From positions 14,778 through 78,777 of the IMG/VR virus record IMGVR_UViG_3300010371_000034: a stretch of 64,000 nt of DNA; one strand, 5' to 3'. The position numbers and the translations under genes are program-made. This stretch comes from a virus. Positions 37,484 through 46,179 of this stretch are shown here, in pieces. Position 1 is the first letter of the stretch. The number at the start of each line of letters is the position of its first letter. The notes beneath the pieces were generated by a model that worked only from the letters and a program-made list of their open reading frames with translations, did not search any database and was not told where the DNA came from.

Positions 37484-38136
37484 GCCACCACCTCGTGCCT
37501 GTCGACCACGCTCAGAGGGGCCAGCGCGGCGGTCCTTTGCGCCACCGCCCGCCACAGGTCCGGATGGTCCTCAAGTACTTCCCGCACCGCATCTTTTATC
37601 GCCGCTATCACCGCCAGCGCCTGCTCCAGCGTCACCAGCCCCGGTTTGCACTCGTCCAGACCCAGCAGTTCGCGCTCCGCCTCCAGCGTCCGCATGATCG
37701 TCGTCAAGTAGGAGTTGTCCGGCAGCCGCCCTTCCTTGGTCACTATCTTCTTCAGCAGCACCTCGCTGGTGATGTAGTCCTCGACCCCCACCGCCTCGCT
37801 GTCCGTGCCGTACTCCTCGACCAGCTTGTGCGAGTCCTCCATGCTGCGGTCGTATGCCAACCACGCCTCGCGTCTGATCTCCCGGTACTGTTCGATCTTC
37901 GTGTTGACCTCGTCCTGCCGCTCCTTCAGCCGCGCAGCCTTGTACTCCGCCCGCAGCTGCTTCAGGTACACGCTCACCTGGACGTTGGTGATGTTGATCC
38001 CGTTCGACCGCTCCAGCTCGTCCCGCACCTGCCACAGCGAGTAGCCGCGGCGGTCCAGCTTGGCCACCAGCGCCTTGACCTCCTCACGCTGCGTGTTGGA
38101 GAACTTCGGTCCACGCTTCTGTTGTTCGCCGGCCAT
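37480..38136 (-). CDS. terminase small subunit (putative)
   Basis: N-terminal HTH, R.ELLGLD motif, directly upstream of terL. Confidence 0.7.
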   Translation of the reverse strand: MAGEQQKRGPKFSNTQREEVKALVAKLDRRGYSLWQVRDELERSNGINITNVQVSVYLKQLRAEYKAARLKERQDEVNTKIEQYREIRREAWLAYDRSMEDSHKLVEEYGTDSEAVGVEDYITSEVLLKKIVTKEGRLPDNSYLTTIMRTLEAERELLGLDECKPGLVTLEQALAVIAAIKDAVREVLEDHPDLWRAVAQRTAALAPLSVVDRHEVVA

Positions 38137-38165
38137 TAAAAATCCTGATATCAAAAACTGAGCGA

Positions 38166-38384
38166 CTATTTCTCCGGTGATATGATCACCTGCACCATCT
38201 CCATGCTCTTGATGCGCCTGGGAACGTCTTTCAGCGTCAAGGGATTACTGTTGGTAAACAAACCTCTCACGCCGTCCTCGGCTTGCTTGGCAATTTGGTC
38301 GAAGGTGCATTCGCCGCCCCACACGCTGTCTGCTTCAACGTCCAACGTGATGCGGACTATGGCTCTTACTCGCTTGTTGGACAT
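38166..38384 (-). CDS. hypothetical protein
   Basis: ORF in operon. Confidence 0.5.
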   Translation of the reverse strand: MSNKRVRAIVRITLDVEADSVWGGECTFDQIAKQAEDGVRGLFTNSNPLTLKDVPRRIKSMEMVQVIISPEK

Positions 38385-38600
38385 TTCAATACTCCGGCCG
38401 CTGCCGACTGACGTACTTCAGTGCGTCCTGCCATGCTCCGGCCTCTGTCGGGCACGTCTCGCTCAGCGCGACGAACGTCACCTTGTCCCGGTAGACCTTG
38501 AACCCGCCCCGGTCGCTGTTGTAGACCGCCCACGCCGACGGATGCTTCTCAAGAACCTGCCGCTGCGCGTCGGTCACCAGTTTCTCGTTGTCCATCGCGG

Positions 38601-38996
38601 TCACGGCACCCACTCCATGAACTTGCACGACCCGTCCTCGGCGAACAGTAGCACGTTCTTGCCGTCGATCGACGCCCGCAGCATCGCCGCGAACTCGGCG
38701 CCCACCTGCGTCTGCGTGGTCACCACTTCGCACTCGATTTCGTGCAGCATTACCTTGGTAATCGCGTCAGGCCGAGCCATCAGCAGCATCAGCGGTATGT
38801 CCCCTGTCAGCGAAGGTCGAGTTCGGCAATCTCTGGGCACCTCATCGATCAACGCCTTCGGCCACACAACCACTTTGATCTGCGCCCGTTCGGTGCGGCT
38901 GAACCTCGCGTTGTGCGCGACCTCTTTTCCGAAAGCCGCCATCACCGCGTCGTACGGCGAGGTGGTGGTCTTCGGCATGATGGTGGGCTCTGTCAT
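38601..38996 (-). CDS. hypothetical protein
   Basis: GGAGG RBS. Confidence 0.5.
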   Translation of the reverse strand: MTEPTIMPKTTTSPYDAVMAAFGKEVAHNARFSRTERAQIKVVVWPKALIDEVPRDCRTRPSLTGDIPLMLLMARPDAITKVMLHEIECEVVTTQTQVGAEFAAMLRASIDGKNVLLFAEDGSCKFMEWVP

Positions 38997-38999
38997 GTA

Positions 39000-39317
39000 T
39001 CATCCCTCCGCGTCCAGCGGCGTCACCTTCCAGCCGGCGCCCAGCACCCGCTGCGCCCGGCCCGCCAGCAGCTCCGCGGCCATTCTGACCGCCTCCGCGG
39101 CCGTGCCGTCTGCGCCGTGCCCCAGCAGGTGCTCCGATACCACCCTGGCGATCTTGGTCGCGTTGTCCCGCTCAAGCCGGAGCAGGTGCCCAGCCACCGT
39201 GACGGTCAGTCCGGTCCACACCACGTTGATGGCGCTCCTCTGCGCCTGGCGATGCCACGCCACGTCCGGCCTCGGAGGTGCCCTACGCCGTCCAGTCCCC
39301 ACGTTGAATGATACCAT
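39000..39317 (-). CDS. hypothetical protein
   Basis: AGGAG RBS downstream of a promoter. Confidence 0.5.
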   Translation of the reverse strand: MVSFNVGTGRRRAPPRPDVAWHRQAQRSAINVVWTGLTVTVAGHLLRLERDNATKIARVVSEHLLGHGADGTAAEAVRMAAELLAGRAQRVLGAGWKVTPLDAEG

Positions 39318-39361
39318 CGGTCGCTCCTGTTGTAAATTTCAAGGCAAGTTGCCCCGCAGGA

Positions 39362-39390
39362 ATTATAAGCGACCGATGCGCAATTTTCAA
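39362..39390 (-). promoter_or_regulatory. sigma70-like promoter TTGAAA-N17-TATAAT facing the packaging/head genes
   Basis: near-consensus hexamers with 17-bp spacer in AT-rich gap. Confidence 0.65.
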
Positions 39391-39422
39391 GAGCAAAATC
39401 TGAGTAGTGATTTTTCCCCGCG

Positions 39423-39719
39423 TTAATCACATTGTTCCACTGCCCGCAGGCAGAACTCCACCCGCTGCGCCCCGCCCAGCCGGTCGGTGGGGAACTTGAA
39501 CGTGGTGTCTCGCCAGTCGGGCAGCGCGATCAGCCTGTTGAACATTGACTGCATCACCGCATCGCTTACCGTGCCCCGCCGGTGCAGCTCAGTTATCATC
39601 GGACACAGACCGTACAGCGTGGCGAACCCCAGCGCACTCCTGACGCCCCATACGTCCGGCTGGACTTCCTCCGGCTTCCACGTCTCCGCCAGGAACAGCC
39701 ATGCGGTCATCTCGTCCAC
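39423..39719 (-). CDS. hypothetical protein
   Basis: ORF with plausible composition. Confidence 0.45.
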   Translation of the reverse strand: MDEMTAWLFLAETWKPEEVQPDVWGVRSALGFATLYGLCPMITELHRRGTVSDAVMQSMFNRLIALPDWRDTTFKFPTDRLGGAQRVEFCLRAVEQCD

Positions 39720-39798
39720 ATATCCATTCTATCACGTTGTTGATTAGCGCCTGCGCCGGACGGACGGAAATATTTTCAAGATTTTCGCGGAACCGACC

Positions 39799-39827
39799 TT
39801 GACGTGAACCGCCGCAGGCATTATTAT
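39799..39827 (+). promoter_or_regulatory. promoter TTGACG-N17-TATTAT (likely leaderless transcript)
   Basis: ATG 39834 lies 7 nt after the -10 hexamer. Confidence 0.65.
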
Positions 39828-39833
39828 AAGGAT

Positions 39834-40250
39834 ATGCCGACAATCCCTAAATCCCTCGCGAATACCATCACAACCCTCATCCGCGTCCCGGAGGCGCGCG
39901 TGCTGTCCGTGCTCGTGCCATCTGACCGCAAGGGGTACTGGCCGGTGCTGCCGCGTCAGGTGCTCGCCGCCGAGGCGGGCTTCGTGCCGACCACCGGCAC
40001 CATCAACCGCGTGCTCAACGGCGTACCCGCCGGCTCCTCGTCCGGCCCTGCGTCGCCCGGCCTGCTGAAGCTCGGCCTGGTCTCCAAGGTTGTGATTGAC
40101 CTCGACGGCGAGACGCAGGACTGCTACAAGGCCACCCCCAGGGGCGCCGCGGCGCTCGACGCGTTCCTCGCGGCCCGCGGCGGCGCCATGCCCCCCGTCC
40201 GCGACAGGTCGTCGAGCACCAACAAGCGGTACGACAAAGCTCACGATTAA
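39834..40250 (+). CDS. putative winged-helix DNA-binding protein (MPTIPKS...)
   Basis: E.RVL..L...GLL.LGLV......Y..T..G pattern; own promoter; counter-oriented. Confidence 0.6.
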   Translation: MPTIPKSLANTITTLIRVPEARVLSVLVPSDRKGYWPVLPRQVLAAEAGFVPTTGTINRVLNGVPAGSSSGPASPGLLKLGLVSKVVIDLDGETQDCYKATPRGAAALDAFLAARGGAMPPVRDRSSSTNKRYDKAHD

Positions 40251-41614
40251 ACTCCGAATATATTCCGGTACATCCTGTCCACCCGCCCGCAGACTTTCCA
40301 ATGGCCGCTGCTGTGTGACGATCCCACGTGCTCGATCACCCCGATCTTCTGCAAGAACTGCATGTATTCGATCAACTTGGGCTCGCTTGCGTATCCGGCC
40401 CACCGGCTCAACGTTGAGGACATGATCCCGCCCGCCTGCTGGTACTGCCTGCCGCTGCGGCTGTCGACCATGTAGAACCAGCGCAGCGTGTCCAGAGTCT
40501 TGCCCTTGCTGGTGTCAATAGCCCGGTCCGCCACCATCCTCATCACCTCGGCGTCCACGGCCCACTTGTTGAGCACGAACGCGTAGCAACGCGCCAGGCG
40601 TACCAGCTGCCGGCCGATACGGGTGGGCAGCTCCTTGGTATCGTGGCTGTCGGTCCTGCGAGGGTCGTTGTTGGGCTTGGCCCGCATGTCGGCCGCGAAC
40701 TCGGCGAAGTCAGCGATCAGGTGCCGGTAGTACTCGCTCATTGTCACCTTGTTGATCTTCGCCACGTTGTCCCGCAGCCACTCGATGTATCCGCCGGTCA
40801 TCGCGTAGGCGTTGCGCAGCTTGTGCTCGATCCCACCTGAGCTGCCGTTGCTGTGCTCGGTCACCGCGTGCCACTCGCTGTCCATCGCCGCCAGCACGAT
40901 CTTGCGCCGCTCGTCGTCGGTCGGCTCGTCCAGCCAGAACCGCAGGAACCTGTCCCCCAGCCCCGACTGCTCCCAGTAGTCGATGATCATCGGGGTGCCA
41001 GCGATTACCCAGGGTGTACGCAGCCCGAAGAAGTTGAGGTCCTCGTCGGTGGTCTTGTACACCTGGCTGTAGCTGCCGTCGAATATCCTGCGGGCCTGCG
41101 CCATGATCTCCGCGAACAGCGGGGACTTGACCATCACGTCCCCCTCTGGCGTCACCCAGGTCAGGTGGTTGGCCCGCGCCAGGAACGACAGGTCCCTGCC
41201 GTCCTCGGACTTGGCGCCGCTTACGAACCCGGTGATGCCCTCCACTATTATGCACTTCTTGGTCACCAGCATCGCGTCGCATATCACCGTCTTCATCGAC
41301 CCTGCCGGCGCTATCAGCAGCAGGTGCAGCTGGTTGCCGGTCTGCGAGGTCGAGGCGGCCACCGCCAGAGCCGTCGCCAGCATGTCCGACAGCGACCGCC
41401 TCCACCGCTGCGCCGACGACCACGCCGCGACCAGGTCGTCCCAGCTGCGGCACGGGGCGGGGTTGATCCGGTCCTTCTCTTCCCTGCCCCCGCCGGCTGC
41501 CGCCTCCTGCTTCCACTCGTCAGGCACCTCGGACACCTTCTCCAGCAGCGACTCAAGCCTGGCTATCCTCTGGCGCAGCTCGGCATTAAACCCACCAAGC
41601 AACTGCGGCATCAC
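40247..41614 (-). CDS. AAA+ (MCM-like) replicative helicase
   Basis: LLLIAPAGSMKT Walker A, R.IFDG, IAGTP, LGDRFL, E.PTRI..QL. Confidence 0.7.
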   Translation of the reverse strand: MMPQLLGGFNAELRQRIARLESLLEKVSEVPDEWKQEAAAGGGREEKDRINPAPCRSWDDLVAAWSSAQRWRRSLSDMLATALAVAASTSQTGNQLHLLLIAPAGSMKTVICDAMLVTKKCIIVEGITGFVSGAKSEDGRDLSFLARANHLTWVTPEGDVMVKSPLFAEIMAQARRIFDGSYSQVYKTTDEDLNFFGLRTPWVIAGTPMIIDYWEQSGLGDRFLRFWLDEPTDDERRKIVLAAMDSEWHAVTEHSNGSSGGIEHKLRNAYAMTGGYIEWLRDNVAKINKVTMSEYYRHLIADFAEFAADMRAKPNNDPRRTDSHDTKELPTRIGRQLVRLARCYAFVLNKWAVDAEVMRMVADRAIDTSKGKTLDTLRWFYMVDSRSGRQYQQAGGIMSSTLSRWAGYASEPKLIEYMQFLQKIGVIEHVGSSHSSGHWKVCGRVDRMYRNIFGV

Positions 41615-42627
41615 TTCCTCCTCTGGTTCAGGGGCACCAGTGCGAACCCCTCGCCCATGCGCGGCTTCCTTATGTACTCGTCATCCGTTGGAACCATACC
41701 TACCGCCTCCATGAATGACCTGATAAACATGGCAGCGACCTGCGGCACTATCGCGTTTCCGTAGGCGCTAATCTGCTCCACCGTTCCGGGAACCCTTGGA
41801 GCCAGCGGCAAAATTCCTTGTTCAGAACAGGGTACCCTCCTGAACTTACCGTCTGTGCACTCAATCCAGACAGATCGACCCCAAGGTGCAACAGCACTCT
41901 CTCGTGTAGGTTCTGCGGCTCGCCCCCTGATGCGATATTGCGCGTTGTCTCGCCGTCTTTCAGGTTCTCCAGACGATCTGCCGACGGCATCATGAAGTTG
42001 GTCTTCACCACTGTCGGCCACCCTGATACACATAGATGAACCACCTCTTCCAAGTTTGACTTGTGGCCCTTCTCGCAATCCTCTCTTAACCCGCCCATCC
42101 TGGTTGCTTGCTTCTGCACAGTAGGCCGCCCAAAATAGTCGTTGCCTCTTGTGCGGCGCAGTGACGCACGCAGCTGGTAGATCGGCGGCCCCGACTGCAT
42201 ATCCAACAGATTCGAGGTCATCTCGTACTCCGGCGAGCCAACCAAGTCCAGATTGACCCGCAACCTGCTCTCCAAACACGACTGGAGGTCTGCACTCCCT
42301 GATAAGCCTGAAGAACTCTGGCCATAGATGTCGCTCATCCTCTTCTCCTAGTTGCTTGCCCGCCACGCTGAACGGTTGGCACGGGCAGCTGCCAGTCCAC
42401 ACTGGATTACTTGCAGACCACCCTGCGATCTCAAGCGCGTACTCCCACCCTCCGATACCCGCGAAGAAGTGGCAGCGATTGTACGCCATCAACTCGGCTG
42501 GCATAACGTCAACTATGCTGCGACTGTCTACTACAGAGTTAGGGAACAGGTTACGTAACCACCTGGCAGCGTAGTCTTCCCACTCGTTCATGTAGACGCT
42601 GCGTAATCTTGCAGGTATTGATGGCAT
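41611..42627 (-). CDS. C5-cytosine DNA methyltransferase (large polypeptide)
   Basis: FFAGIGG, GSCPCQPFS, GEQV, HKRQR, YGNAIVPQ. Confidence 0.9.
   Translation of the reverse strand: MPSIPARLRSVYMNEWEDYAARWLRNLFPNSVVDSRSIVDVMPAELMAYNRCHFFAGIGGWEYALEIAGWSASNPVWTGSCPCQPFSVAGKQLGEEDERHLWPEFFRLIRECRPPVVFGEQVAGQSGLGWLAGVRDDLESVGYAVGAADLPAACVTAPHKRQRLFWAAYCAEASNQDGRVKRGLREGPQVKLGRGGSSMCIRVADSGEDQLHDAVGRSSGEPERRRDNAQYRIRGRAAEPTRESAVAPWGRSVWIECTDGKFRRVPCSEQGILPLAPRVPGTVEQISAYGNAIVPQVAAMFIRSFMEAVGMVPTDDEYIRKPRMGEGFALVPLNQRRK
41748..42338 (-). CDS. nested alternative-frame small subunit of the C5-MTase
   Basis: GWPT repeats and LN.EFCRWLQGFP.RW (motif IX-like) absent from the main frame. Confidence 0.6.
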   Translation of the reverse strand: MSDIYGQSSSGLSGSADLQSCLESRLRVNLDLVGSPEYEMTSNLLDMQSGPPIYQLRASLRRTRGNDYFGRPTVQKQATRMGGLREDCEKGHKSNLEEVVHLCVSGWPTVVKTNFMMPSADRLENLKDGETTRNIASGGEPQNLHERVLLHLGVDLSGLSAQTVSSGGYPVLNKEFCRWLQGFPERWSRLAPTETR

Positions 42628-42665
42628 TAGTACGCATCCCTCAGCTTATCCGGTATCTTCGGCAT
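42627..42665 (-). CDS. 12-aa mini-ORF MPKIPDKLRDAY coupling the two MTase genes
   Basis: TGATG and TAATG overlaps; duplicates the N6/N4-MTase start. Confidence 0.5.
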   Translation of the reverse strand: MPKIPDKLRDAY

Positions 42666-42672
42666 CACTTCC
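42641..42672. repeat. 32-bp direct repeat (1 mismatch) with 44089-44120
   Basis: TCAGCTT(A/G)TCCGGTATCTTCGGCATCACTTCC flanks the N6/N4-MTase. Confidence 0.85.
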
Positions 42673-44116
42673 TCCCTATCTTTAGCTGCGTCGGTGCAAA
42701 CCCCTCGCCCATCTTCGGCTTCGCCATCTTACCGGCGTCCATCAGAGCGCGCTGAACCCTACCCACCGCCGTCTCCCAATACTCCGGGTTCTTCTCGATG
42801 CCGATAAACCGCATCCCCTCCCTCACGCACGCCACCCCGGTGGTCCCGCTACCCATGAACGGGTCGGTCACCAGCCCGCCCTTGCGCGTCACCAAGCGCA
42901 CCAGCCAGCACATGAGGTCTACGGGCTTGACGGTCGGGTGCGTACCGTTGTATCCGCGGTCGTCGCTGCTCGCTTTAGAGCAGTAGAAGAACCTCGCAGC
43001 GCTGCCGGAGTCCGCATACACCTCAGAGTTCGGTATGCTGTCCCCCTTATCCGCTCCAATGTTTGCAAACCCTCCGTTACGCTTGCCGTCACACTTTCCC
43101 CGGTTGTCTCCACCCCCAGCTTCAGGAAACAACCTCACCACCTCGTCGCTACCATCGTGAGCCAGATTAGCCGGCCAGCGCCCCGTCTTAGTTCCGCAGT
43201 CTATCCTCCCTGTATTCGGGGCGGCCATCGCCCGGTTCTCGGATATAACCTGCCCGTCACGAGGAGTGACGGGCATGTCCTCAACCCCCACCCTGCACCC
43301 ATCCACATTGATTCCACCCGTCCCGTACCTCATCACGTTCTGCGCCACCGTCCCGACCAGCGGCTTGCGCGCGATGATTACTGGCTCATAGCTCGGCTTG
43401 AGCGCTGTGCCCCAGCCGTTCCACTCTGCTGCTGCTGCTGTGGCGGGTTTGGAGTGTGTTACATTAGATACAACGCCTTTTGAGCTAAGTGAAGTTACAC
43501 CTATAACAGTGGTTGTTTGCGATATTATTTCTCTGTTGTGTAGCTCTCCCAACTCCCTGTCAATCGCCTTACTAATATCGTGTGATTTAGGAAATCCTGA
43601 TCCGTACACCCATGCAGCAGTATCTCTCACATCCCACCCAGCGTCCTCCACACCGCAGGCCAACCTGTGCCACATCCTTGTCCCACCGAACGCAGCACAG
43701 TGAGCGCCAGGCTTGCTTATACGCAGCAACTCTGCCGCCCACTCCTGGCACCACACCTGGAACAGCGGAGACCTGCCGTATGTAATTCGCTTCGTCCCAT
43801 CCCGAAAGGGATGGGACGCATGAGTACCCTCGTCACACACCTCTATTCCACCGAGATGATCCGAAGTTACCTGGTTCTTCCACGGTGCATCCCAGTCCTT
43901 ACCCATGAACTCCAATCCGTAAGGTGGATCGCTCACCACGCTGTCTATCGTGTCTGCAACTACCCCACGCATCACGTCCATATTGTCGGCGCATATCAGC
44001 GTGTACCCGCCGCACGGAGACGTCCACGTAGGGTACTCCTTCTGCTGCGTCGCGGCGGCCGGAGGCGCAGGTGGTGCTTGGTGCTGCTTCAGCTTGTCCG
44101 GTATCTTCGGCATCAC
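42665..44116 (-). CDS. N6-adenine/N4-cytosine DNA methyltransferase (beta class)
   Basis: SDPPY, GSGFPKS, HPTVKP, DPFMGSGTTG, FIGIE. Confidence 0.92.
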   Translation of the reverse strand: MMPKIPDKLKQHQAPPAPPAAATQQKEYPTWTSPCGGYTLICADNMDVMRGVVADTIDSVVSDPPYGLEFMGKDWDAPWKNQVTSDHLGGIEVCDEGTHASHPFRDGTKRITYGRSPLFQVWCQEWAAELLRISKPGAHCAAFGGTRMWHRLACGVEDAGWDVRDTAAWVYGSGFPKSHDISKAIDRELGELHNREIISQTTTVIGVTSLSSKGVVSNVTHSKPATAAAAEWNGWGTALKPSYEPVIIARKPLVGTVAQNVMRYGTGGINVDGCRVGVEDMPVTPRDGQVISENRAMAAPNTGRIDCGTKTGRWPANLAHDGSDEVVRLFPEAGGGDNRGKCDGKRNGGFANIGADKGDSIPNSEVYADSGSAARFFYCSKASSDDRGYNGTHPTVKPVDLMCWLVRLVTRKGGLVTDPFMGSGTTGVACVREGMRFIGIEKNPEYWETAVGRVQRALMDAGKMAKPKMGEGFAPTQLKIGRK

Positions 44117-44625
44117 TTCCCCCTTGCCTTCATGAATCCCTTGAGATAGTAACTCGCCAGCTCCCGCAGGTTGATTCCCGACGTTGACTCCTGTACCAGA
44201 TCATGCTTGGGCGGCTCCCACCCCTCCGGCTCCTGGAACTTGCCGTCGGCATCGAACACCGCCACGCCGTCCGGGAACTTGTCCTCGTTGGCCGAGCACA
44301 CCTCCTGGAAGTGTGGTTCGTCCGGCACGCCACAGGCTACCAGCGTCCCCACCAGCACGTAGTTTAGGTCGGCGCAGCCGTCGATGATTTCGTGGATGTC
44401 CAGGTCTGCTGGTACGGGCCGCGGTTCGCCGTTGATGCTGACCACGAACCCCAACGCCTTGATCGTCTCCAGCGCCTCCTCCAGGATCAGCTGCGCCCGC
44501 AGCCGCCTGGTCACTTCGTCAGGTACAGAGTACGGACCGCCGACCGATTGTCGCTTGTCGTGCCTAGCGCAGATCGACATGGTGATTAGGTTCGACACCA
44601 TCACCGGACTTATCACTCCCTGCAT
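44113..44625 (-). CDS. MazG-like all-alpha NTP pyrophosphohydrolase
   Basis: LILEEALE...DGCADLNYV..G....G....F.EV..AN..K...DGK...P.GW.PP. Confidence 0.8.
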   Translation of the reverse strand: MQGVISPVMVSNLITMSICARHDKRQSVGGPYSVPDEVTRRLRAQLILEEALETIKALGFVVSINGEPRPVPADLDIHEIIDGCADLNYVLVGTLVACGVPDEPHFQEVCSANEDKFPDGVAVFDADGKFQEPEGWEPPKHDLVQESTSGINLRELASYYLKGFMKARGK

Positions 44626-44650
44626 GATCCACCTCCCTGGTTTCGATTCG

Positions 44651-45604
44651 TTACTTGCCCCTCAAGTGGTCCCGCACGTCGTGCCCGCTTGGCAGGCTTA
44701 GGTCGTAGCCACCCCCGCCCCACTGCAGCCACCTGACCCGCGCGGCCACCTGTGCTATGATACCGTGAACCCTTCTGACCCCGTCGGCACCGGCCACCGA
44801 TTGCTTGCCCCCCGGCATGGTACGCGGGTGGTCGTTGTCATAGTACAGCGTCACGTCCTTGCCCCGACACAGCTCGGTCCATTCGGTACGCCATACGTTG
44901 CAACCAGGTACGGCCACCACGTTGGTGTCCGCAATGATCGACGCCGCCGGATTGCCGGTGTACTCATAACCGTCCGCTGTCCGCTTGGTGTGCCGGGCGA
45001 CCTCCCACAGCGCCATCCCGTCCCACGGCCCCTCGCAGACCTCCACCCTTGGCCTCGCCGGGTCGAAGTCCAGCGCCGGCATATGCAACCTGTGCGCCTC
45101 CCCCTTCGGCCACAGACCGGGTGTCGGCATCAGCGTCCACTTCCATAGCCCGCCGCTCATCTGCTGCACCCGCTTGTACAGCTGGTCTAGTCGTCCTGCC
45201 TTGGACTCCGCAGTGTCGACGGCCGAGTATCCGGGCACCATCCACGAGCCGTCGATCACGCTGCGGCACACCCCCCAGGCGGTCAACGTCGCCCGGTCCA
45301 GGTACCCCCGCTCCTTGGCAAGCTCTTCTCCGTGCCCGTTGGTGGCGGCGTCGGACGCCTCCCACAGCTGCCGCAGGAAGGTCAGCGGGTTGCCAGACAG
45401 CCCGCAGACCCAGCAGCGCCACAGCCCGGTCTGGCTTTCCACCGAAAACTTGCCGTCCCGCCGGCAGAACGGGCAGTCTCCGACCGCCTGGCCGCCGTGG
45501 TCGTGCAGCTCGACCCCGTGGAAGCGGAATGGGCGGATAGGGTCGGCGGCAGCGTCATCGTGCCTACCGTTTCCGTTCTCAATACTAGCCGGTATAGTAG
45601 GCAA
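44651..45604 (-). CDS. DNA primase (Zn finger + TOPRIM)
   Basis: CPFC...CWVCG; VCEGPWDGMAL; LYYDND; DVRD. Confidence 0.85.
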   Translation of the reverse strand: MPTIPASIENGNGRHDDAAADPIRPFRFHGVELHDHGGQAVGDCPFCRRDGKFSVESQTGLWRCWVCGLSGNPLTFLRQLWEASDAATNGHGEELAKERGYLDRATLTAWGVCRSVIDGSWMVPGYSAVDTAESKAGRLDQLYKRVQQMSGGLWKWTLMPTPGLWPKGEAHRLHMPALDFDPARPRVEVCEGPWDGMALWEVARHTKRTADGYEYTGNPAASIIADTNVVAVPGCNVWRTEWTELCRGKDVTLYYDNDHPRTMPGGKQSVAGADGVRRVHGIIAQVAARVRWLQWGGGGYDLSLPSGHDVRDHLRGK

Positions 45605-45646
45605 CCACGCCTCCTACAATTTATCCAAGATTCTGCAAAATTGCTG

Positions 45647-45675
45647 TTGACGCAATTGGCTCACCAGTGTATTAT
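45647..45675 (+). promoter_or_regulatory. promoter TTGACG-N17-TATTAT
   Basis: same hexamers as 39799 promoter. Confidence 0.65.
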
Positions 45676-45745
45676 ACCATTGTCAGGTTGGTGATAGGTT
45701 AGCACTTCGCTTACCAGCCGAACCCTGGCAATCAGGAGTTTTATC

Positions 45746-46123
45746 ATGGCCAAGGTCATCAAAAAGTTCGAGCACCCGGTTTCTGGCGGCAGCACCGCGA
45801 AGCACGACTGGGACAAGATGTTCTCCGTCGAGTCCCCCGGCGCCTACGTGATCGTCCACGGCGAGGACTTCACCGGCGATCCGCAGAACTTCGCAGTGGC
45901 GATCAAACGCAAGGCCGCGGAGCGGCACATTCACGTCAAGGTCTCGATCGGCAAGGACGAACCCAAGACGATCGCCATCACCAAGACCGGCGCGATGACT
46001 GACGAGGAAGCCGCCACGGTGGACGCTCGCCTCGAAGCCGAGAAGCAGCGCCTCAAGGAAAAGCGGAAAGTCTCCAAGACCGATGAAGCCTCGCAGACCA
46101 CCGATCAGTCTGCCGCAGCCTGA
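45746..46123 (+). CDS. small putative DNA-binding protein, counter-oriented cassette
   Basis: AGGAG RBS, own promoter and terminator; similar to 59964-60275 product. Confidence 0.65.
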   Translation: MAKVIKKFEHPVSGGSTAKHDWDKMFSVESPGAYVIVHGEDFTGDPQNFAVAIKRKAAERHIHVKVSIGKDEPKTIAITKTGAMTDEEAATVDARLEAEKQRLKEKRKVSKTDEASQTTDQSAAA

Positions 46124-46147
46124 ACCGTCACTTTCACCTGTTTCACT

Positions 46148-46173
46148 CACACCCGCCATAACTAGGCGGGTGT
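46148..46173. terminator. hairpin terminator between convergent genes
   Basis: ACACCCGCC-N7-GGCGGGTGT. Confidence 0.55.
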
Positions 46174-46179
46174 CATATT

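Noticed and set aside
29-39426. Many long + strand ORFs (e.g. 29-1330, 1189-2661, 5944-7626, 14622-16583, 38182-39426)
   Set aside because: Antisense shadows of GC-rich minus-strand genes; no recognisable motifs or RBS
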